From: an uncultured delta proteobacterium
GTDB taxonomy: Bacteria; Myxococcota; Kuafuiibacteriia; Kuafuiibacteriales; Kuafuiibacteriaceae
NCBI GenBank assembly: GCA_963803435.1
Contig: CAWDML010000005.1
Span: forward strand, 160,001 to 224,000
Direction: 5' to 3'
Length of the DNA stretch: 64,000 bases
Shown here: positions 8,914 to 18,568 of the stretch, piece after piece
Position numbering within the stretch: the first letter of the stretch is position 1
How the letters are laid out: each line of letters begins with the position of its first letter
Made by a program: the position numbers and the translations under genes
Notes under the pieces: generated by a model
The model's database searches: none
What the model was told of the DNA's origin: nothing
The model's input: only the letters and a program-made list of their open reading frames with translations

Positions 8914-10620
8914 CTAGTACCAGACTCGATCGAGCGCGGCGTCCAGGTCGCCGGTCAAGAGGTCGCCGTGGAACTGCGTCGCGGGGGCGTGAAGGCGTGT
9001 CAACTCCGCTTGCACTTCGCCGGGCGTCCGGGTGCGTGCCTCGAGGTGAACCAGCACGCACAACCAGCCGAGAAGGTTCGAGGCGTCCTCGGGGATCGGG
9101 ACGCGCGCGGCCAGCGCGGCGGCGGCCTCGGGCGTGCCGAGGCGGCGGTGGGCACGGCAGGCGGCGCGGAGGAGGCTGGTCTCGGGGTGGGTCGCGATCG
9201 GATCGTCGCCGGTGATCGCGCGGAGGGCCGGCGCCGGGATCCGGCGATCGAAGAGGGTGGTCCGGTCGTAGAGCCAGTCGAGTGCCTGCTGAGCCAGGCC
9301 GAGCGCCACCAGGCCGCGGGTGAGCGCCGCGGCGTTGAAGCGCCACTGGGTGTCCTCGCCGGGGGGCGTGCTCTCGCTGAGGCGCGCGGCCCAGGCCATG
9401 AAGCCGGGGGCGTCGCCGGCGTGGGCCGAGTCGAGCGCGAGGTAGCAGTACGTGCCCGGGAGGACGTCGCGGAGGGCCTGGGAGCCCTGCTGAAGCGCGA
9501 CGTTCGCGCGCCGGACCTCCACCGCCTCCGCGTGCCGGCCCGCCATGCCGAGGGCTTGCGCGAGCATGCCGCGGCACCGGACCTCGTTGTGGGCGTTGAG
9601 GAACGGGGCCTCCAGGCGCGCGGACAAGGCCGCGATGGAGGCGTCGATCTGGAAGTCGTCCATCGCGCTCAGCCGGCACTCGAGCTCGTAGCGCTCGGCA
9701 GCGTCTCCGCCGATCAGGCGGCGCTGGGCCACCAAGAGCGCCTTCGCCTCGCGGTGGAGGGCGGCGGCGCGGGCGCTCTCGCCGGCGTGGCGGCACAGCG
9801 TGCCCAGCTCGAGGAGCACGCGGGCGCGATCGCTGTCGGACAGATCGTCGAGCGCGAGGGCCTCCAGGTCTGCGATCGCCGATGCGCGGTCGGTCTCGCC
9901 GCGGGCAAGCGGAGCAGAGCCCACGCGAGCGGAGTCGGGTGCGAGGGCCTCGCCCGAACGGGCCCTGCGGGCTCTCTCGATCGTCTGATCCAGCGTGAGC
10001 ACGTGGCGCTCGGGAACGAGTGGGGCCGCTCCGAACACCTCTGCGATCGCGCGCTCGATCGACGAGAGCACGCCGGGCGTCAGGATCGACTTGTCGCCAC
10101 GTTCGGCCTCCGCGATCGCGCGTTTGATCTCGAGGCCCTGCACCGGCGCGATCACGCCGCCGGCCAGCAGTCGCCCGGTGGCGAGGACGGCGTGGCGCGG
10201 CCGTCGCGAGGGCGCGTAGTAGCCGATGAACGCGAGCGTGGCGGGCAGACCGAGGGAGGCGCCAAAGACGGCGAGCCAGTCCTCCAGCTCGAAGCGAAGC
10301 GCGGGCAGGCTCGGCGTACCCAGCGCGGCCCTCGCCACCGCGAGCGCACGATCGCACGCGGCCGCCAGCTCGGGATCGCGGGCGCGGGAGCGGCCTGGGC
10401 TGGGGATGAGCGGGACCGCGGCGCCGAGGCGGTCGTCGAGGGTCACCAGCGCGTAGACCGTGCGGGGCGCGAGGGTCGCGTCGTGGGCCAGGCGCCGGAG
10501 CTCGTTGGCGCGCTGTCCCAGAAGATCGCCGAGGGCATGGATCGCGGATCGCCCCGCCCCCGCTTCGAGCAGCCACTCGGCGACCGTGAGGCGGTGGTCC
10601 CGCATCCGTGCAGCGCCCAC
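8914..10620 (-). CDS. Lon-protease-like (S16) domain + TPR-like repeat protein
   Basis: GASLG...VLATGRLLAGGVIAPVQGLEIK (Ser and Lys 44 residues apart), followed by helical repeats such as LLELGTLCRHAGESARA and MLAQALGMAGRHAEA; alternative start ATG 10605. Confidence 0.7.
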   Translation of the reverse strand: MGAARMRDHRLTVAEWLLEAGAGRSAIHALGDLLGQRANELRRLAHDATLAPRTVYALVTLDDRLGAAVPLIPSPGRSRARDPELAAACDRALAVARAALGTPSLPALRFELEDWLAVFGASLGLPATLAFIGYYAPSRRPRHAVLATGRLLAGGVIAPVQGLEIKRAIAEAERGDKSILTPGVLSSIERAIAEVFGAAPLVPERHVLTLDQTIERARRARSGEALAPDSARVGSAPLARGETDRASAIADLEALALDDLSDSDRARVLLELGTLCRHAGESARAAALHREAKALLVAQRRLIGGDAAERYELECRLSAMDDFQIDASIAALSARLEAPFLNAHNEVRCRGMLAQALGMAGRHAEAVEVRRANVALQQGSQALRDVLPGTYCYLALDSAHAGDAPGFMAWAARLSESTPPGEDTQWRFNAAALTRGLVALGLAQQALDWLYDRTTLFDRRIPAPALRAITGDDPIATHPETSLLRAACRAHRRLGTPEAAAALAARVPIPEDASNLLGWLCVLVHLEARTRTPGEVQAELTRLHAPATQFHGDLLTGDLDAALDRVWY

Positions 10621-10666
10621 GATAGCGCGGGGCCCCGGCGCGTGCCACTCGGCGGGCGCGGTGGGA

Positions 10667-11278
10667 TCATGCGTCGAGCTGATCCCGGGTCACGCCGGCG
10701 TCCGCCAGGCGGCGCGAGAGCTTGTGGCGCGCCAGACGAAAGCGACTCTTGAGCGCCGGCTCCGGGACACCGGTGCGCTCCGCGATCTCCCGGTACGTCA
10801 GACCTTGATCGATCTTGAGGGAGACGACCTCCCGCTGTTCGGGGGGAAGGTCCGCGATCGCTTCGGCGATGATCGCGAGGCAGCGATGATCGCGAGTCTC
10901 GGGATCGATCGGGATCTCCACCGAGGACGACTCCGGTCGCTCGCGGCGCGTGCTGGCGCGCCGGATCAGGTCGAGGCACTTGCGGGTGGCGATGGTGGTG
11001 AACCACGCACGCACGCACTGGGGCCCCGGTTGAGGACGCCACTGATCGCGCCGCTCGAACGCGGTCACGAACGTGTCGTGGGCGAGATCGATCGCCGGGG
11101 CCCGCCCGTCGAGGATGCGGCGGCAGACCCGGAGCACCGCCTCGTGGTGGCGGCGGTACAGCTCGGCGAACGCGCCCTGATCGCCGGTCTGAAAGCGGAG
11201 CATCCAGAAGGTGTCGTCGTCGGCCGCCGGGGCGACGAGTGTGGCCGGAAGGTGCGAGGTCGAGGTCTCGAGGTGCAT
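10667..11278 (-). CDS. ECF RNA polymerase sigma factor
   Basis: GDQGAFAELYRRH, DLAHDTF, RAWFTTIATRKCLD, LPPEQREVVSL...LTYREIAE...KSRFRLAR. Confidence 0.92.
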   Translation of the reverse strand: MHLETSTSHLPATLVAPAADDDTFWMLRFQTGDQGAFAELYRRHHEAVLRVCRRILDGRAPAIDLAHDTFVTAFERRDQWRPQPGPQCVRAWFTTIATRKCLDLIRRASTRRERPESSSVEIPIDPETRDHRCLAIIAEAIADLPPEQREVVSLKIDQGLTYREIAERTGVPEPALKSRFRLARHKLSRRLADAGVTRDQLDA

Positions 11279-11326
11279 TCAGGCCAAGGACGGCCCTGGG
11301 CGCCGGCCCTGACACACCGCGCTCGC

Positions 11327-13492
11327 CTACATCGGCTCGGGGTCGGGGATGCTCTTTCGCGGCGGCGGCGGCGCAGGCGGGGGTGGAGGCTCGATCTCGA
11401 GCACGCCGGAGTCGGGGAGCGTGATCTCGACCGCGCCCGCGTCCGCAGGGCCGGCCGCCTGCGAGTGCTTCTTCCGCCAGAAGAACCCCAGCGCGCCCAG
11501 CACCATCACCAGCAGCACGATCGCGAACCACCACCCGGCCCGGCTCGGCGGCGGAGGCAGGAAGATCGGCACTGTGATCTCCCGCTTGGACTCGGGCGCC
11601 GACTGGAGCCCGACCACCTCGCTCTCGCCGGCCTCCGCGTCGCCGAGCAGCGCGCGCAGCTGATCCCGCACTCGCGAGGCGGTGGCCGGACGATCATTGG
11701 CGCTCGACCGGAGCAGGGACTCAATGACCGAAGCGAGGCCCTCGGGCACGTTCGGGTCGTGATCCCGCAAGGTGTACGGCACGTTCTTCACCACGCGCGC
11801 GTCGAGGATCTCGGCGTAGTTCGCGCCGGAGCGCGGCACTGCGCCCGTGATCAGCTCGGCGAGGATCAGGCCGAGCGCGTACAGATCCGAGCGGCCGTCG
11901 AGCGGGCGGTTGCTGAGCTGCTCCGGCGACATGTACAGCGGAGTGCCCATGATGATCCCAGCCTGCGTCAGCTTCGTGCTCTGGTCGGGCGACTCCGAAC
12001 GCGCGATCCCAAAGTCCAGGATGACAGCCGATCCGTCCTTCCGGATCATCACGTTCTCGGGCTTCAGATCCCGGTGGATGATCGACAGGCCGTGCGCGGC
12101 CGCCAGCCCGTCGCAGATCTGCTCGGCCCAGCGCGTGAACGCGAGGTAGTCCACCTCGACGCCGGTCTTCAGCATCTCTGCCAGCGTCGTCCCCTCGATC
12201 AGCTCCATCATCAGGCCGCGCGAGCCGTCGCCCAGATCGACGATGTCGTAGATCCGGCACACGTGGTCGCTGGCGATCCGCCGGGCCAGACGAACCTCGC
12301 GGCGCAGCCGTTCGATCGACTGCATCTCGATGGAGCTGCCCTTGGGGATGATCTTGAGCGCGACCGTCTCGTCGAGCTCGCGATCGTGCACGCGATAGAC
12401 CTCGCCCATTCCGCCCGAGCCGAGCCTCCCCAAGATCTGGAAGCGACGATTCTCGAGCCCGCCACCGTCGCGAACGGCGTCGAAGAACTCGTCCTGGGCG
12501 GCGCGCAGCACCTCGCTCGGCGGATCCGACTCGACCGTACTGCGACCCGCCGCCTCGCCACCCGACGCCTCCGAGAGGGCGAAGGTCCGGGCCTTCTTCG
12601 ACTCGCCCGTGGCCCGCGAGAACTGCTCGAGGAGATCGACGACGGCGTCGACGCCGGCGTCCGGGAGCTCCTGCATCGCGCGGTCGAGCGCGGCCATGAC
12701 CGCGCGCGCATCGGCGTAGCGCGCCTCGGGGGCGCGGGCCAGGAGCTGCCGCGCGATCGCCTGGAGCGAGGCCGGACACCCGGCGGGCAGCGACGGGATC
12801 TCCGCGGTTCGGACCGCGGCCAGCGTCTCCAGATCCGTCTCACGCTGGAACAGCGGTCGCGCCGCCAGCATCTCCCAGAGGATCGTTCCCAGCACGAAGA
12901 GGTCGCTCTTCGCGCCGACAGCGCCGCTGGTCGCGAGCTCCGGGCTCAGGTACGCGGCCGACCCGCCCTGGCTCCGGCCCACCGTCTCGATCACGCTCTG
13001 CCGCGAGTCCGCGGTGCCCAGCTCGGAGATCAGCACGCGACCGTCCCGCGCCAGAAGGACGCACGCAGGTGAGAGCTCGCGCGCGAGGAGCGGTGGGTCG
13101 AGGTGGTGGATGTAGTCGAGCGCCGCGGCGATCGCCCGGGCGATCCGCGCCGAGACGCCGGGCGGCGGCCAGATCCCGGTGGTGCGGGCGGATTCGAGCA
13201 GGCGATCGAGGAACAAGCCCTCGTGGTACGGCCAGATCCAGTAGCGATGGCCCGAATCGACGCCGCCGGCCAGGAGCGGGAGGACATTCTCGTGGGAGAG
13301 CGCCCGTGCGACGGGGAGCCGGGCCTCGATCAGCTGCTGGGTGGCGGCCTCGGCGGCAGGACGCACCGGCATCAGATCGACGACCACCTGGTCGCCCTCC
13401 GGCGAGCGACCCCACCACAGCTCGGCGGCTCCGCGCTGACCGAGACGCTCGATCAACGAGTGGCCGGCCAGCGTCTCCCCCGGTGCGACCAC
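11327..13492 (-). CDS. Tandem pseudokinase + Ser/Thr kinase with C-terminal TM helix
   Basis: Domain 1 degenerate (LARELSPAC, ISELG, YLSPE); domain 2 canonical (LGSGGMGEVY, VALK, HRDLKPEN, DFG, GTPLYMSPE); TM WWFAIVLLVMVLGALGFFW. Confidence 0.9.
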   Translation of the reverse strand: MVAPGETLAGHSLIERLGQRGAAELWWGRSPEGDQVVVDLMPVRPAAEAATQQLIEARLPVARALSHENVLPLLAGGVDSGHRYWIWPYHEGLFLDRLLESARTTGIWPPPGVSARIARAIAAALDYIHHLDPPLLARELSPACVLLARDGRVLISELGTADSRQSVIETVGRSQGGSAAYLSPELATSGAVGAKSDLFVLGTILWEMLAARPLFQRETDLETLAAVRTAEIPSLPAGCPASLQAIARQLLARAPEARYADARAVMAALDRAMQELPDAGVDAVVDLLEQFSRATGESKKARTFALSEASGGEAAGRSTVESDPPSEVLRAAQDEFFDAVRDGGGLENRRFQILGRLGSGGMGEVYRVHDRELDETVALKIIPKGSSIEMQSIERLRREVRLARRIASDHVCRIYDIVDLGDGSRGLMMELIEGTTLAEMLKTGVEVDYLAFTRWAEQICDGLAAAHGLSIIHRDLKPENVMIRKDGSAVILDFGIARSESPDQSTKLTQAGIIMGTPLYMSPEQLSNRPLDGRSDLYALGLILAELITGAVPRSGANYAEILDARVVKNVPYTLRDHDPNVPEGLASVIESLLRSSANDRPATASRVRDQLRALLGDAEAGESEVVGLQSAPESKREITVPIFLPPPPSRAGWWFAIVLLVMVLGALGFFWRKKHSQAAGPADAGAVEITLPDSGVLEIEPPPPPAPPPPRKSIPDPEPM

Positions 13493-13530
13493 CGCGGAAA
13501 GCCTAGCAGAAGTCCCGGCCGGTTGAAGCC

Positions 13531-14616
13531 CTACTCGACGCCGGACAGGGCGTGGAACTCTTCGTAGCGGTCCGGATTGTCTCCGGCGAGAAAGAGGTAG
13601 AGCGAGACCCCGCCGCTGACGAGGGCGCCGGCGAGGAGCGACAGATAGAGGGCCTGGTTGGTGCCGAAGCGATCGTCCGCCGCGATCGCGTCGTTGCGCA
13701 GATCCATCATCAGCGCCTGCTGCTCGCTGTTGAGCGCCGCGTAGCTGTTGACCGTGTTCAGGTCCTTGGTGGCGCGCGCGTAGAAGATGCCCGACGCGAC
13801 CGCAGCGCCCACCGCCAGGATGCCGGTGGTATAAGCGCCGTAGCGCCAGGCCCGCGCGCTCGACTCATAGCCCTCGATCGTGTCCTTCGCCGGGATCAGC
13901 TTCACGTCCTCGACGCGTACCCGGCTCTGCCGCACGAAGACGTCCGCGGTGGTGGAGTAGAAGCCGTCGCGCGTGACCTTGAGGACGTGCGGTCCGGCGG
14001 CCAGCGCGATCACCTGGTCGACGCCCTCCTTGCGGCGCTCCCCGTCCACCACGATCTGGGCGTCGCCGATGTTGACGGCCACCTTGAGGTAGCCCTGTCG
14101 AGCCTCGAGCACCGGCTGGAGCAGCACGATGATCGCGTGTCTCGCGGCCTCCATCAGCGCCGAGGGATCGTCGGTCTCCGCCTCGTGGCGCTTGAGCGCG
14201 CGGCCCTCGACCGCATCGATCAACACCAGGTTGAGGGTCAGCTTGCGGCCGACCTGCGCGACGGTGCCCCCAACCAGGTGTCGCGCCTTCACCAGCTTCG
14301 CCACCTGGACGTAGCAGGCCTCATCTACGCAGCCGCCGAGGACCTCCTTGCGCTTCTCGTAGGCCAGCAACGACTGGATCTGTCGCGGTGAGACCGTCTC
14401 GAACACGCCGGTCTCGTCGGCGGACGTGGCGATCGTCTCGGTGACCCCGGCGGCGTACTCCTCCGGGACGCCCGCGGCCGCCAGCGACATCACCGCCAGC
14501 CGGGTCTTGCTGGTGGGCGCGTCGATCGCGCGCGTGACGTCGTCGTCCGCGACCTTCGTGTTCACCGACTCGGGTTGGGTCGCCCACAGCGCGAGGGCCA
14601 GCATGGCCGCATTCAC
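13531..14616 (-). CDS. Exported PEGA-domain protein with CsgG/TolB-like N-terminal domain
   Basis: Signal-like N-terminus; GCVDEACYVQVAKLV...VGGTVAQVG; PEGA-like AQIVVDG...LAAGPHVLKVTRDGF; two C-terminal hydrophobic helices. Confidence 0.8.
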   Translation of the reverse strand: MNAAMLALALWATQPESVNTKVADDDVTRAIDAPTSKTRLAVMSLAAAGVPEEYAAGVTETIATSADETGVFETVSPRQIQSLLAYEKRKEVLGGCVDEACYVQVAKLVKARHLVGGTVAQVGRKLTLNLVLIDAVEGRALKRHEAETDDPSALMEAARHAIIVLLQPVLEARQGYLKVAVNIGDAQIVVDGERRKEGVDQVIALAAGPHVLKVTRDGFYSTTADVFVRQSRVRVEDVKLIPAKDTIEGYESSARAWRYGAYTTGILAVGAAVASGIFYARATKDLNTVNSYAALNSEQQALMMDLRNDAIAADDRFGTNQALYLSLLAGALVSGGVSLYLFLAGDNPDRYEEFHALSGVE

Positions 14617-15815
14617 TTCTGCGCCTCCTTCTGGGCGGTGGTGTCGACGGTGCGGGGGGAGACCTGGTTCCGCTCGCCGAGCTTCTCCGGGAGCATCGTC
14701 CCGAGATCGGCGATCAGCTTCTCCGCGGTGGCGAGGCTGTCGGTCGGCGTCTCCACGATCTTTTGCACGCGGAGGATCGGCTCGCCGGTGGCCACGTCGA
14801 TCACGCGGATCACCAGCGCCGAGTCACCCTTCCGGCCCAGAAGCTCGGGCTCGATGATGACGTCGGCCCCGATCTTCTTGGCCTGTGCCAGCGCCGCCTT
14901 TCGCGAGAGGACTCCGCGCTGGTACGAGGCGCGCGCGTAGGCGAGCGTGGCCAGCTGCGTGGCGACGTATTTGCCGAGCTCGGTGGCGCGGCGGGCGTCG
15001 CGCTTGGGGAGCTTCGGCTCCAGCACCAGCGCGTGGACGTTGACCGTGCGCGACTTGTCGTAGCGCGCGACAATCCGCGTGTTCGCGACCTCGTCCACAG
15101 CCAGCGCCAGCGACTTGTTCTCCGAGATGATGTCCGCGATGTTGGGGCCGACCATGGAGTCGGCCTTGCTGCCGCCGAGCACGAGCTTCCCCAGGCCCTT
15201 CGCGAAGTAGATCTCCTTCACCGGCGCCCCGGCGAGCGCCTTCTCGAGACCTTCGCGCAGCGAGGTGAGCGCCTCGCGGTTCGGGAGGTCCTGCACCACC
15301 AGCACCACCGAGCCCGCCGACTGCCCAACCTTGTTGAGCGCGGTGGTGAGGCCGCGATCCGCGAACAGGATCTGGAGCGCCTGCGCGAGCCCGCGGGTCT
15401 GGAGCGCGGGGCCCCCGACGCCGACGCCGACGCCCTCGGCCTGCATCGTGGAGGTGGCCTGGCCGGTCCCGAGATCAATCAGGCGCAGGGTCACCGACAC
15501 GCTCTGACTCTTGACGCCCTCCACCTCGACCGGCTCACCGTAGGCGGCGGCGCCGGCCAGGACGGCGTCGGCCTCGAAGACGGAGAGGCCGTCGGTGGGG
15601 AGTCGGCTGCCGAGGAGCTCCTTCGGTGCCACCACGCTGCGCATCTTCTGGGACGCCTCCGCGGCGACGACCTCGTATCCCCGATCCTGGAGCGCGCGCT
15701 CGATGGCCGCGCTGGCGGGGGTCCCGGGCGCCGGATCGTCGAGCAGCACGGCGATCCGCGTGGCGGGCGCGACGCCGGCGACCAAGCTGAGGAGGGTGGC
15801 AGCGGAACCGAACAT
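14613..15815 (-). CDS. Exported hypothetical protein (CsgG/FlgT-like alpha/beta domains)
   Basis: GAGGTG RBS, MFGSAATLLSLVAG signal; LRLIDLGTG and IRVIDVATG motifs; GTGA overlap with the next gene. Confidence 0.7.
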   Translation of the reverse strand: MFGSAATLLSLVAGVAPATRIAVLLDDPAPGTPASAAIERALQDRGYEVVAAEASQKMRSVVAPKELLGSRLPTDGLSVFEADAVLAGAAAYGEPVEVEGVKSQSVSVTLRLIDLGTGQATSTMQAEGVGVGVGGPALQTRGLAQALQILFADRGLTTALNKVGQSAGSVVLVVQDLPNREALTSLREGLEKALAGAPVKEIYFAKGLGKLVLGGSKADSMVGPNIADIISENKSLALAVDEVANTRIVARYDKSRTVNVHALVLEPKLPKRDARRATELGKYVATQLATLAYARASYQRGVLSRKAALAQAKKIGADVIIEPELLGRKGDSALVIRVIDVATGEPILRVQKIVETPTDSLATAEKLIADLGTMLPEKLGERNQVSPRTVDTTAQKEAQK

Positions 15816-16005
15816 GATCACCTCGTTGCGGACGATACCCAACAGGGCGTGCCTGCACCACGAGCGCCGCCTGCGAGCCCCATACCACCCTTGCACGGGT
15901 GCGAGATCTGCGACGGGGATCGTTCGGTGGCGCGCGGCCCGCACGGGCCGATGTGACAGGTGACGAAAGAACGGTTGGGACGGTAGTGTCCCGCGGGGCG
16001 CTCGG

Positions 16006-17352
16006 GTGGCGAGGACGGAGCGGATCGAAGAGCCGAGGCTCGACCACGGCCAGCGGCTGGAGACCTGGTTGGTCCGGATCGGCTGCGCCGCCGACCCGAT
16101 GATGCCGCCCGCCCTCGTCCCCCTCACCGGGCGGACGCGCCTCCGCCTGGGACGGCTCGACGAGGCCCCCCTCGGCCAGCCCGATCTGCTCGAGGTGGTC
16201 GACCGCTGGATGTCCGGCGAGCACGCCGAGCTCAGCGCGACCGATGTGGGCTGGGAGCTGCGCGACCTCGGCTCGCGCAACGGCACGCGGGTCTGGGGCC
16301 AGCAGCGGTCCGTATCGCTCCTGTCCGACGGCGACATCCTCGAGACCGGCTCCACGTTCTGGCTCTTCCGCGCCATGCTGGTCGCCGACGGTGAGCTGCC
16401 TACCTCCGTACCAGCGCCCGACATGCTGGGCTCGCTCCACCCGCCCTTCGCCCGTGTGCTGCGGGAGCTCAGCAAGATCGCGCGCAAGGAGGTGGTGGTG
16501 TTGCTGGTGGGCCCCACCGGTACCGGCAAGGAGGTGCTGGCCAAGGCCATCCACGGGCTGAGCGGACGGGACGGTCCGTTCGTGGCCGTCAACACCGGTG
16601 CGGTCCAGCCGAACCTGGTCGCCTCCGAGCTCTTCGGCGTGGAGAAGGGCGCGCACTCGATGGCGGAGCAATCGCGCGCCGGTCTGATCCGGGCGGCCGA
16701 GCGCGGGACCCTGCTGCTCGACGAGGTCGGCGACATGCCGCTCGACGTGCAAGTCAGCTTGCTCCGCGTGATCCAGGAGTCCGAGGTCCGCCCCGTCGGC
16801 GGAGACCTGGCGCTCCCGGTCGACGTCCGGTTCGTCTGCGCCACCCATCGCGACCTGCACGAGCTCGTCGACAGCGGCGTGTTCCGCGCCGATCTCTACG
16901 CCCGCATCAAGGGCACCGAGCTCGAGATCCCGCCCCTCGAGGACCGCGCCGAGGACATCGGGATGCTGATCGCCGCGTTCCTCCGCCGCTACGGCGGCGC
17001 CGACCTCACCTTTCAACCGGCGGCCTACCGCGCCCTCACCGTCTACAACTGGCCGCTCAACGTGCGCGAGCTGGAGAAGGCGATCGAGGGCGCGATCGCG
17101 CTGTGCTCGAGCGGGCGAATCGAGCTCGACCACCTCCCCCGCGAGGTGCGCTCCTACGTGCCCGAGTCATCGAAGTCGGACCGCGACCCCGCGGACGACG
17201 GCCTCCGCGAGCGGGAGATCGTTCGGCTGCTCACCGCGCACCGCGGGAACGTGAGCGCGGTGGCGCGCTCGATGGGCTACTCGCGGATGCAGGTGCACCG
17301 CTGGCTGAAGCAGCTCGGGATCGATCCCGGCGCGTATCGAGGGAACGCTTAG
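16006..17352 (+). CDS. FHA-domain sigma54-type enhancer-binding protein with atypical GAFTGA loop
   Basis: FHA MSGEHA...DLGSRNGT; GPTGTGKE; SELFGVEKGAHSMA; LLLDEVGD; FRADLYARI; WPLNVREL; Fis-type HTH GNVSAVARSMG. Confidence 0.9.
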   Translation: MARTERIEEPRLDHGQRLETWLVRIGCAADPMMPPALVPLTGRTRLRLGRLDEAPLGQPDLLEVVDRWMSGEHAELSATDVGWELRDLGSRNGTRVWGQQRSVSLLSDGDILETGSTFWLFRAMLVADGELPTSVPAPDMLGSLHPPFARVLRELSKIARKEVVVLLVGPTGTGKEVLAKAIHGLSGRDGPFVAVNTGAVQPNLVASELFGVEKGAHSMAEQSRAGLIRAAERGTLLLDEVGDMPLDVQVSLLRVIQESEVRPVGGDLALPVDVRFVCATHRDLHELVDSGVFRADLYARIKGTELEIPPLEDRAEDIGMLIAAFLRRYGGADLTFQPAAYRALTVYNWPLNVRELEKAIEGAIALCSSGRIELDHLPREVRSYVPESSKSDRDPADDGLREREIVRLLTAHRGNVSAVARSMGYSRMQVHRWLKQLGIDPGAYRGNA

Positions 17353-17456
17353 AACCGGTCCTAAACCCGTTCCGTCGCTATTCCGTGTTGCACTTGTTCT
17401 GGCATTGCTATTCGTCTTCAGAACCATTCACGCCCCTGTGGCGAGGTACGCGCCCG

Positions 17457-17807
17457 TCACCGCTTCTTTCGAAGCACGCCCTTCTTCACCTTCTCGGCGC
17501 CCTTGGTCTTGTCGCCTTGCTTGGTGAAGATGCCGGCCAGACAGTCCTTGCAACGGAACATGTCGACCTCGGTCCAGCGGGTGTCCTCGACCCGGCCGCA
17601 CTCCACGCAAGTCAACTTGCGCTTGGCCAGAATGCCGGCCTCGGCGTCCTCGACTCCGAGCAGCTGGGCGGCGCACTTGCGGCAGAGGGCGCGGGCGGGA
17701 TCCTTCGGGGCGAAGTGGATCGTGTCGTGCGCGCCGCAGCTCCGACAGACGATCGATCGCGCGACGCGCGTGCCGTGTTCGCTCCGGATTTTGCGGGGGT
17801 TGGCCAT
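17457..17807 (-). CDS. Small double zinc-ribbon protein
   Basis: Four CxxC motifs (CRSC, CRKC, CVEC, CKDC) and a basic tail. Confidence 0.75.
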   Translation of the reverse strand: MANPRKIRSEHGTRVARSIVCRSCGAHDTIHFAPKDPARALCRKCAAQLLGVEDAEAGILAKRKLTCVECGRVEDTRWTEVDMFRCKDCLAGIFTKQGDKTKGAEKVKKGVLRKKR

Positions 17808-17860
17808 GCGGAGCGCCCAGCATACCACCTCGGATAAATACGCCGGCTCAAATGTTGCGT

Positions 17861-17877
17861 GGAGACAGGTGTTCAGC
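17861..17877 (+). promoter_or_regulatory. Possible LexA (SOS) box
   Basis: GGAGACAGGTGTTCAGC just upstream of lexA; 3' half GTTCAGC matches the myxobacterial LexA box, 5' half diverges. Confidence 0.4.
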
Positions 17878-17895
17878 TATATTGCCGCCCGAACC

Positions 17896-18567
17896 ATGCA
17901 GGGCCTCACCAGTCGCCAGCGCCAGATCCTCGAATTCATCACCAAGCGGATCGAGGAACAGGGCTATCCGCCCACCATTCGGGAGATCGGGGAGGAGATG
18001 GGGATCCGGTCCACCAACGGCGTCAACGATCACCTGAAGGCACTCGAGCGCAAAGGATTCCTCAAACGCGAAGGGTTGAAGTCGAGGGCCCTCCGGCCCG
18101 TCGGTGCGCCGTCCGCGCCGCATCGCCGTCGTGCCGAGGTCGTCCCCGCGCTGATCCCCGAGACCGGAGAGACGATCGCGATCCCGGTGCTCGGCCGCGT
18201 CGCCGCCGGCACGCCGATCCTCGCCGACGAGCACGTCGAGACCACCGTCCACGTCGACAGCTTCTTCCTGGGCGCCAGCCGCGCCACCAAGGTGTTCGCG
18301 CTGCGCGTGACCGGCGACTCCATGATCGAGGCCGGCATCTACGACGGCGACTACATCTTCGTGCGCAAGCAGATCGAGGCGAACAAGGGCGACATCGTGG
18401 TCGCGATGATCGATGGCGAGGCCACCGTGAAGCGCTACGAGCCCGCCGGCGACACCATCCGTCTGGTCCCGGAGAACCGCACCATGCGTCCGATCGTGAT
18501 CCGGAAGAAGGACTTCCGCTCGACCCAGATCCTCGGGATCGTCTGCGGCGTCTACCGGAGGATGTAA
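17896..18567 (+). CDS. lexA: SOS repressor LexA
   Basis: [19 protein letters not shown], cleavage site [19 protein letters not shown]. Confidence 0.97.
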   Translation: MQGLTSRQRQILEFITKRIEEQGYPPTIREIGEEMGIRSTNGVNDHLKALERKGFLKREGLKSRALRPVGAPSAPHRRRAEVVPALIPETGETIAIPVLGRVAAGTPILADEHVETTVHVDSFFLGASRATKVFALRVTGDSMIEAGIYDGDYIFVRKQIEANKGDIVVAMIDGEATVKRYEPAGDTIRLVPENRTMRPIVIRKKDFRSTQILGIVCGVYRRM

Positions 18568-18568
18568 C

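Noticed and set aside
17353-17456. Lower-GC gap between convergent genes with a GCTATTC direct repeat, as a possible sRNA
   Set aside because: No recognisable RNA family, promoter or terminator; cannot be supported from sequence alone
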